Below are positions 36,632 through 43,198 of a stretch of 64,000 nt of DNA, in pieces. The stretch comes from an uncultured Bacillales bacterium (GTDB taxonomy: Bacteria; Bacillota_I; Bacilli_A; RFN20; CAG-826), in contig CAMJAG010000001.1 of NCBI GenBank assembly GCA_946403545.1, forward strand, positions 872-64,871. Reading direction: 5' to 3'. The notes under the pieces are model-generated. The model ran no database searches. It worked only from the letters and a program-made list of their open reading frames with translations, and had not been told where the DNA came from. The translations under genes and the position numbers were made by a program. Positions within the stretch are counted from its first letter, which is position 1; each line of letters opens with the position of its first letter.

Positions 36632-38314
36632 TTAGTTGCCTCCATGAACTGCGTCCACTGCTGCTACAATTTTTGCATCATCGTAGAAGTCATCATATTC
36701 CACTTTATAATCTGGGTCTAAACCATCCTCAATCGGAAGATATAAGTTCTTTCCGTTTTCCTTTTTAACATATCTTAATGTCATAGTAGATGAGATGGTT
36801 AATGCTGTTCCGTCCGCTAAAACGGTAGGCATAACAGCGCACATTCCACCACCAGATTGTTTGCCAATAATCTTTGCAATTCCTTGCTCTTTTACAATAG
36901 AAACCGCTAAATTTGCTGCAGAGAATGTATTTTCTCCCGCTAATATTGTCCAAGTGTAATCGTTATAAGCATCACCTTCATATTTGCCATCTTCATCAGT
37001 GTCAATTAAGAATCCTGCTCTTTCATAAGTGTTATTTAAAGTATTGTAAATAGAATAGAAAACATCATCATCTGTCATAAAGCCTAAGAATCTAATTAAG
37101 GCGGCAAGATTACCACCACCATTAAGTGATAAGTCTACAACAATATCTTTAACTTCATCATGGGCTTTAATTCTAGTCATGCAATATTGCATCAATTTAT
37201 ATGTATCATATTGCCATGCTGAAGCACTATTGAGTTGATCTTTAGTGCCTGTAACAAAGCTATCAAATGTAATAATTGCAGTATCTCCAGAGAATCTTAC
37301 AGGATTTCTTTCAGGATTAATTTCTGCAATATTTCTTTTAGCAGTTAAATCATTTTTTAAATTGAAGTATGTATTCCACTTTGTTCCTCTTCTAGCTAAC
37401 GGAACGGTTGTGGAATCATCTCTATCCATATAATAAGTTCCAAAATCCACTCTTGAGTGGAGATCGTTTAATGTTTTAAATACAAAGTCAGTTATTCCTC
37501 TATAGTTATTTGCACCAACAGGAGATGTAATTAACGCTTTTGTGTTTGCGTCAATATAATCAATAGCCTTTGTATATCCTTTAATTTCTTTTAGACCATA
37601 GAAATAATCTAATAAGAATGCTAATGAACTCAAAGTAGCGTTACTAACATCTTCAGGAATCTCAGTTCCACACATAGGAGTGGTAAGTTTAATTAAAGTC
37701 GTTGCTTGAGCATCGCTTACTTCTCCAAACGCTCCATAAAGTTTATCTCCATTAAAGAAAACATTGTAATAATTTTGACTACAGAAAAGTATATTAGCGA
37801 TCACTAAAGGCAGTAAAACCTTATTATTTTCATATTTAATATCAAATCCATAATCACTTAATTTAAAGTTAAGTTGTCTAATTTGAGAAGCGTCAGATTC
37901 ATCTTTATTTTGTTTAAAATTAGCACTATAGTCAGTGGATAAAGATGTCATTGCAATTATGTTAAAGAATTGGCTATCTCCACGAATAACATCATTTTCC
38001 CAATCAATCTCAATAGCGCCATAGATTAAGAATGACATCATCATCTTCTTTTCATTAATATCTTTTTTAATACTAATATAATCAGAAATTAAATATCCTC
38101 TTAAATCTTTAACAAACTTTGCAATATCTACATAAGGAACATTACCTCCATCAGGAAAGAATAATTTCATCCTCTTTGTAGTTATTTGAAAATCAGGTGA
38201 AAGATTTTGAAAATAATATGTCTTTGCATTTTTGTCTAATAATGAACATCCAGTAGCCGCTAGACAAGACGCTACTAGAGGTAATAATGTAAATAATTTA
38301 ATTCTCTTTTTCAT
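36632..38314 (-). CDS. lipoprotein, S41-family (tail-specific-like) peptidase
   Basis: Lipobox ATGC. S41 blocks VVDLSLNGGGN, TFSAANLA and GKQSGGG. Confidence 0.65.
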   Translation of the reverse strand: MKKRIKLFTLLPLVASCLAATGCSLLDKNAKTYYFQNLSPDFQITTKRMKLFFPDGGNVPYVDIAKFVKDLRGYLISDYISIKKDINEKKMMMSFLIYGAIEIDWENDVIRGDSQFFNIIAMTSLSTDYSANFKQNKDESDASQIRQLNFKLSDYGFDIKYENNKVLLPLVIANILFCSQNYYNVFFNGDKLYGAFGEVSDAQATTLIKLTTPMCGTEIPEDVSNATLSSLAFLLDYFYGLKEIKGYTKAIDYIDANTKALITSPVGANNYRGITDFVFKTLNDLHSRVDFGTYYMDRDDSTTVPLARRGTKWNTYFNLKNDLTAKRNIAEINPERNPVRFSGDTAIITFDSFVTGTKDQLNSASAWQYDTYKLMQYCMTRIKAHDEVKDIVVDLSLNGGGNLAALIRFLGFMTDDDVFYSIYNTLNNTYERAGFLIDTDEDGKYEGDAYNDYTWTILAGENTFSAANLAVSIVKEQGIAKIIGKQSGGGMCAVMPTVLADGTALTISSTMTLRYVKKENGKNLYLPIEDGLDPDYKVEYDDFYDDAKIVAAVDAVHGGN

Positions 38315-38408
38315 ATTGAAATTATTATACGATATCTGTATTTATTTATAAATAAGTAAGAGGACAAATCATGTCCTCACACTACTTATTGACATATATA
38401 TAAAATGA

Positions 38409-38965
38409 AAGAGCATTGGAACCCAGTGAAGTCATCTTGCTGATGGCTGGGGCCCAACCAAAAGAGAAGGATATTCGGGATACTGAATATCTAACAAGAC
38501 CTGTTTATCAGGTATTCCGGGATTAAAATACCGCTTTGGTTGGTGGCGCATAATGCTCTTCGATGTAAGTAGACACCCGAGTAGGCACTACAAGAGGCTC
38601 TGTAGCAATACATCCCACGATAAGATGTTAGTCTGAGAAACTAATATCTACGTTCTCAAAGAAAGTGTTTGGCTTGATGGTAAGCAATTACCTATAACTA
38701 CTTTGGTGGGCACTAGTAGGAGAATGCCAGCGAGTTTTGGATCTACGACAAGATAAAAAATATAGCTGAAGCTCTCTGAAAGTTGGAAGATGATGTAACT
38801 CTTCCCATGGTACGGTAGCAATACCCATTCCAGAAGTATTAGGGTCGCTCCCTCTTACTCAGCCTGGCGTGCATGTGTACGAAAAACAAATTAGAGTAAG
38901 TTATGTATGGCGAAGGTCATCAATGTACAAAAAAGGTGGATTCTTATGACTCCACCATTTTTATT
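38409..38965 (+). ncRNA. candidate large structured ncRNA (class unassigned; ROOL/GOLLD/OLE-scale)
   Basis: 684-nt gap with no ORF of 60 aa or more. Hand-counted G+C is 38-48% per 60-nt line, against about 22% in the adjacent gene. There are many nested helices, including 38409-38417/38552-38560 and 38454-38462/38535-38543. Several G-U pairs work only on the plus strand. It ends in a strong plus-strand terminator. The 5' end and the strand are inferred. Confidence 0.5.
38931..38965 (+). repeat. 35-nt direct repeat, copy 1 (terminator hairpin GGTGGA...TCCACC plus a T-run)
   Basis: AAAAGGTGGATTCTTATGACTCCACCATTTTTATT. Matches copy 2 at 33 of 35 positions. Confidence 0.85.
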
Positions 38966-38998
38966 TGTAGTATGAATGACACATGATAAAATGAATTC
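38965..38998 (+). promoter_or_regulatory. candidate promoter for a leaderless tandem-TIR mRNA
   Basis: TTGTAG (38965-38970), then 16 nt, then TGaTAAAAT with its -10 at 38987-38992, then 6 nt, then the ATG at 38999. No SD is present. Confidence 0.35.
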
Positions 38999-39829
38999 AT
39001 GAATAATGAAACAAATAAAAATGAATTAGAGAATGAGAAAGTTTATATTTTCATTTCGCATTCTCATAAAGATATAGAAAAAGTAAGAAAAATTAGAAAT
39101 TATTTAGAGAGTCTTGATTGTGAACCAATTCTTTTCTTTTTAAAAAGCAAAGATGATGAAGATGAGATAATTCAACTTATCAAAGACGAGATTGATGCTA
39201 GAGTTTGGTTTATTTATTGTAGATCTATAAATGCATCTAAATCTAAATGGGTTAATGATGAAGTAACATATGTTGAGCAAACAGGTAAAAACAACATAGT
39301 TATAGATATCGATGGATGCCTAGATGAAAATGGAGAATTAAAAAATAGCGTTAAAAATAAACTTAATGTCATTATTAACGGATTTAGAAACTTACAACAA
39401 TTGTATATTTCTTATTCACACAAAGACTCTGTTGAAGTTCTTCGTATTGTCCAGTTTTTAAAAAGATATGGTGTTGATTTGTTTTATGATGACATGACAC
39501 ATTTTGGATCAGATTGGAAACATTCTATTCATAATCAAATTGTTAAATCGCCATATTTTCTGGTTTTTTTAAGCAAACAATCCATTAATTCACATTTCAT
39601 TTATGATGAAATAAAGCTAGCACAATACTTTAATAAAGAAATAATTCCCGTAATTCTTTATAACAATATTAACGATTATTATTCAGTCATTGAATCAGAT
39701 GTTTTCCAAAAGAATTTTGCATACTTTTTAGTCTGTGAATTCGATACTTCTAGTGATGTTCAATTCAAAGTGTCCTCATTTAGACTGCTAAACACATTAT
39801 TAGAGCATTTCTTTACGGATTTTGAATAA
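38999..39829 (+). CDS. tandem double-TIR domain protein
   Basis: Two TIR-like units: VYIFISHSHKD...SKWVNDEV and LYISYSHKDS...SHFIYDEI. Each keeps the conserved Glu position. Confidence 0.7.
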   Translation: MNNETNKNELENEKVYIFISHSHKDIEKVRKIRNYLESLDCEPILFFLKSKDDEDEIIQLIKDEIDARVWFIYCRSINASKSKWVNDEVTYVEQTGKNNIVIDIDGCLDENGELKNSVKNKLNVIINGFRNLQQLYISYSHKDSVEVLRIVQFLKRYGVDLFYDDMTHFGSDWKHSIHNQIVKSPYFLVFLSKQSINSHFIYDEIKLAQYFNKEIIPVILYNNINDYYSVIESDVFQKNFAYFLVCEFDTSSDVQFKVSSFRLLNTLLEHFFTDFE

Positions 39830-39832
39830 AAG

Positions 39833-39867
39833 AAAAGGTGGATTCTCATGAGTCCACCATTTTTATT
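39833..39867. repeat. 35-nt direct repeat, copy 2 (bidirectional terminator between convergent genes)
   Basis: AAAAGGTGGATTCTCATGAGTCCACCATTTTTATT. 9-bp stem with an A-run before it and a T-run after it. Confidence 0.85.
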
Positions 39868-41083
39868 ATGTTCGAGTAACTGAGAGGCTAACACTCCAAA
39901 CATAATAGAACATACTTGATGCATTCGCCGTAGGATGGTTTAGATTTAGCATAGCTTCTTCTATAAATAATGCATCTGATTTAGGTACTTTAATTGAGAA
40001 ACTATCCAAATCCGCACCATTGTTACTTTCTAAATGTATCGGGGTTTTATATTGGTTATTGAGTATAAACGACCCATTGATCCAATTACATAACAGCAAT
40101 AATTTTCTACCATAGTTATAGATATTAATCGTATATGTAATGTATTCAGTTGAAGATTCTGCGATCCATTCTTTTAAGTTAAATGGAAGTTTGTACTTCA
40201 ATGATGCATTTGAGGAATAAGTGCTATTTATGGTTGCACTGTTATCTTCAAATGTACTTGTTACACGTAGGCCTGCATAACTCTTATTAAGATTTATATA
40301 TTTATATTCTTCTAATAATGCTTCAGTTCCTAAATAAAGTTTCATTGAAATAGGACTTATTTTTGCAGGTGCAGTTGAGATACAACCTTTTGGTCTAGAA
40401 ACAGTGAATTTAATTCCTTTTAATATCTCTTCTTTATCTAATTTGTACATTCTATTGAAGACTGTGTAGTCATCATTTGAACGGAAGGTTCCACTATCAA
40501 TTAAAGATATTGCAGTATCTAACCTATAATCAACCCAATTAAATGTGTTAATTCCTACTACACCTTCTTCTTTTTCATAGTGGCTGAATTTTATAGTCAA
40601 ATAACCAACTGATTCAGTGTGTTGGAGATAGTATTGATAGTCTTCACTAAGCTTTAATTCATATGATTTTGACTTATTAGAACAAGAGATGTCTACACTA
40701 GGAAAATTGAAGTCTATAATCTGAGCTTCATTAGTGTCCAAATAGTTTGCGTAAATGTTTTCTGGAAGTTCCACATTGTCATAAATTGCTTTGCCAGAGC
40801 GATCCACTAATTTCTTTGAATTTAAGTTTGGCTTTTCGAAACAACCCATAAAGAGTTTGTCCTTCTTCTCTGTAGGTTGATATTCGAAAGTATTTATGTA
40901 TTGTATGGTATTTACTTCACCATCGTTTGCAATAACATTAACTTCCTTCCATGGAATTGGTTGTGGCTTATAATCCTCATCTAAAATCGGACAATTTGTT
41001 TCCCCTTTCATAGAAAAGGAACATGCACTGATAGATAATAACGAGACTGCTGTTATGAGTATTAAGCTAATTTTTCTTTTCAT
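39866..41083 (-). CDS. lipoprotein, function unknown
   Basis: The ORF-track start at 41101 is a TTG inside the SD. The ATG at 41083 (MKRKISLIL...SISAC lipobox) lies 9 nt after GGAGG. Confidence 0.55.
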   Translation of the reverse strand: MKRKISLILITAVSLLSISACSFSMKGETNCPILDEDYKPQPIPWKEVNVIANDGEVNTIQYINTFEYQPTEKKDKLFMGCFEKPNLNSKKLVDRSGKAIYDNVELPENIYANYLDTNEAQIIDFNFPSVDISCSNKSKSYELKLSEDYQYYLQHTESVGYLTIKFSHYEKEEGVVGINTFNWVDYRLDTAISLIDSGTFRSNDDYTVFNRMYKLDKEEILKGIKFTVSRPKGCISTAPAKISPISMKLYLGTEALLEEYKYINLNKSYAGLRVTSTFEDNSATINSTYSSNASLKYKLPFNLKEWIAESSTEYITYTINIYNYGRKLLLLCNWINGSFILNNQYKTPIHLESNNGADLDSFSIKVPKSDALFIEEAMLNLNHPTANASSMFYYVWSVSLSVTRT

Positions 41084-41124
41084 AATTGAGATCCTCCTCA
41101 ATTACAAAATATCACGAAAATAGG

Positions 41125-41370
41125 TTAAATACAATATCTATAGAATAAAAAGAAAGACACCCCGTCAAGGATGTCTATTGCGGATACCTCGAAGATATCA
41201 GCGAAAGTATTGACTGTATCAAGATTCACTGTTCCTTCGTTTTCAATTCTGCGTAAGTTTCTTACTGAATATCCAACGCGGTCTGCTAGCTCTTCTTGAG
41301 TCCAGTTTCTACTTTTTCTTAGGTTCTTGATGGATGTACCAATCAAGCGTGAATCAATTAATGTTCTCAT
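41125..41370 (-). CDS. XRE-family helix-turn-helix transcriptional regulator
   Basis: NLRKSRNWTQEELADRVGYSVRNLRRIENEG. I prefer the ATG at 41370, which lies 8 nt after GGGAGG. The ORF-track start is 41433. Confidence 0.75.
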   Translation of the reverse strand: MRTLIDSRLIGTSIKNLRKSRNWTQEELADRVGYSVRNLRRIENEGTVNLDTVNTFADIFEVSAIDILDGVSFFLFYRYCI

Positions 41371-41455
41371 AACTACTACCTCCCAAATTGATCTGCTACC
41401 TATATTGACAGGTTTTCCTGAGTTTTGATTCACTAAGTAGTTTATGAGCGTATAT

Positions 41456-41484
41456 ACTTTAAATTATCCTACGATTGTTGTCAA
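41456..41484 (-). promoter_or_regulatory. candidate sigma-70-type promoter of the XRE gene
   Basis: On the minus strand: TTGACA (41479-41484), a 17-nt spacer, then TAAAGT (41456-41461). Confidence 0.4.
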
Positions 41485-41486
41485 CA

Positions 41487-41738
41487 CTAATTGTCAGAAA
41501 TTGATTCTGCAAGTTCTAATATTTGTACAAATGTTAAAGATTGAAGGTGTAGATACGCTTGAACAACAGCCAACTTATATTCAGTTCTATCTGTTGACCT
41601 AATAGCAATATCTCTAAACCTTCTAAATTCTACTCTTGTTTCTTGCTCTGTATCACTAAGGCATGTCATTACCATTTTATTAGTTGCTTCTAAAGTAAGT
41701 TGCCTCAAATATTTTTTCTTAGCCTCAACATCAACCAT
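41487..41738 (-). CDS. hypothetical small protein downstream of the TIR-methyltransferase gene
   Basis: 83 aa, predicted helical. Starts 8 nt after the upstream stop. Confidence 0.45.
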   Translation of the reverse strand: MVDVEAKKKYLRQLTLEATNKMVMTCLSDTEQETRVEFRRFRDIAIRSTDRTEYKLAVVQAYLHLQSLTFVQILELAESISDN

Positions 41739-41746
41739 ATAAATAC

Positions 41747-43099
41747 CTATTTCTTAAATCCTACACAAACAAAGCGGTTAACTGCGTACCAAAAATCATT
41801 TCTAGAGAAACGATATTGGAGTTGCGTTAACAAATCTTCCATTTCATTGAACTCTGCTTTAGTTTGCTCATTTTCGTTTGCGATTAATTGAGCTTTAAAA
41901 TAATTCAATCTATAAGCAAAGCTTACTTTATAAAGACCTAATTTCTCTTCATAAGACATATGAGATGTTTCTGTAACAGTGCAATGCATTTTAACTTTGT
42001 TAAATCCTTCATGGACTAACCAAGAATAAAGTTTTCTACCATTGTTTCTATCAGACATTCCTTCAAGAGAATAAGATTTCTTTAAGACTTTTTCTATAAG
42101 CTCATCATCTCCATAAGAAATCTTACTGCCATCATCACTACCTCTAACAATAATCATTCCGCCTTTATTCATAAGAGCCTTTAAATTCTCTAATGCTTTT
42201 TCAGGATTTGTTAGATGATGGAGGACTAAGAAACAAGAAACAACATCAAAGCCTTTAATGCCCTTTTGCTTCATTATTCCCTGCATTTCCTCCATAAATG
42301 TTGGACTTTCAATATTTAATTGATAGAAAGAGAACTTACTATTTTTATTATTTTTATTTGCTTGTTCAATAGCACTTTCACTAATATCGATTCCCACTAC
42401 TTTAGTGTATTTTGCTTTTCTAAAAGCTTGTCTAGTTACATATCCTTGAGCGCAACCAACATCTAGAACTGTGTAATTGTTTTTGTCTAAATACATGTCT
42501 AAAATGCGTTGGTTTTCATCATCATATCTAGATCCTTGGCTTTTTAATCTTTCTGATTCATTAGTGAAATCAAATTCATAAATAGACCATCTTCCTTTGT
42601 AATCAATGCAATCTTTTGGTCTTGGTCTAGAAACTAAAAACCTATTAAACAATCTCTTTTGATAATCATTTACATCAAAAACATCACCAATTGGTTCACT
42701 ATGACAATCTCTAATTGCGTCAATTTCCTTTGGTAACTTTTTTGGATAATTAACTTTATCTAAGAATAAAACTAGAATATTTAATCCTTCAGTTTTTAAA
42801 GCGGTTTCTATTTCTTGTCTAACCCAGTCATCTTTTTTAAATATTCTCTTAGAAAATGTATCTGGAGTTACAAGAAGAATAAAGTCTTTGGAATTATGGA
42901 TTGCATTAGTTAACTGAGGTGGAAACATACCACCTTGAATTGATACCTTATCAAAGAAACTTAGATAACCATTATCCATCAAATTTCTATATAAAAGATA
43001 CGTTGGATATAATCCATCACTTCTTCTATATGAAATGAAAACATCATATATAAAATCTTTTCTCTTAATTTGAGTGTTTTTATTAATTTCTTCAGGCAT
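41747..43099 (-). CDS. TIR domain fused to a class I SAM-dependent methyltransferase
   Basis: N-terminal TIR (DVFISYRRSDG...DDWVRQEIE). Central methyltransferase motif I VLDVGCAQG, then FDVVSCFLVLHHL and MIIVRGSDDG. SD AGAGGA. Confidence 0.7.
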   Translation of the reverse strand: MPEEINKNTQIKRKDFIYDVFISYRRSDGLYPTYLLYRNLMDNGYLSFFDKVSIQGGMFPPQLTNAIHNSKDFILLVTPDTFSKRIFKKDDWVRQEIETALKTEGLNILVLFLDKVNYPKKLPKEIDAIRDCHSEPIGDVFDVNDYQKRLFNRFLVSRPRPKDCIDYKGRWSIYEFDFTNESERLKSQGSRYDDENQRILDMYLDKNNYTVLDVGCAQGYVTRQAFRKAKYTKVVGIDISESAIEQANKNNKNSKFSFYQLNIESPTFMEEMQGIMKQKGIKGFDVVSCFLVLHHLTNPEKALENLKALMNKGGMIIVRGSDDGSKISYGDDELIEKVLKKSYSLEGMSDRNNGRKLYSWLVHEGFNKVKMHCTVTETSHMSYEEKLGLYKVSFAYRLNYFKAQLIANENEQTKAEFNEMEDLLTQLQYRFSRNDFWYAVNRFVCVGFKK

Positions 43100-43198
43100 A
43101 TTCAGTCCTCTTATTTATTAATTTTATAATAAAATAAAGAAAAATACTTTAATATGATAATATAAGAGTGAAGTATATTTACGTGAGGTATTAAACAT

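Noticed and set aside
38405-38966. The structured region read as tmRNA, RNase P RNA, SRP RNA, a riboswitch leader or a group II intron fragment
   Set aside because: By eye I could not find the signature elements. There is no GAGGAAAGTCC or ACAGAA..GGCTTA for RNase P. There is no tRNA-like TTCGA T-loop or GGGG 5' end for tmRNA. There is no domain V-like hairpin. It is terminated before the next gene, and it is far longer than known riboswitches. A covariance-model scan is still needed.
41700-41891. 63-aa plus-strand ORF overlapping the junction between the TIR-methyltransferase gene and the 83-aa gene
   Set aside because: It lies antisense to two better-supported minus-strand ORFs. It has no SD and an implausible composition.
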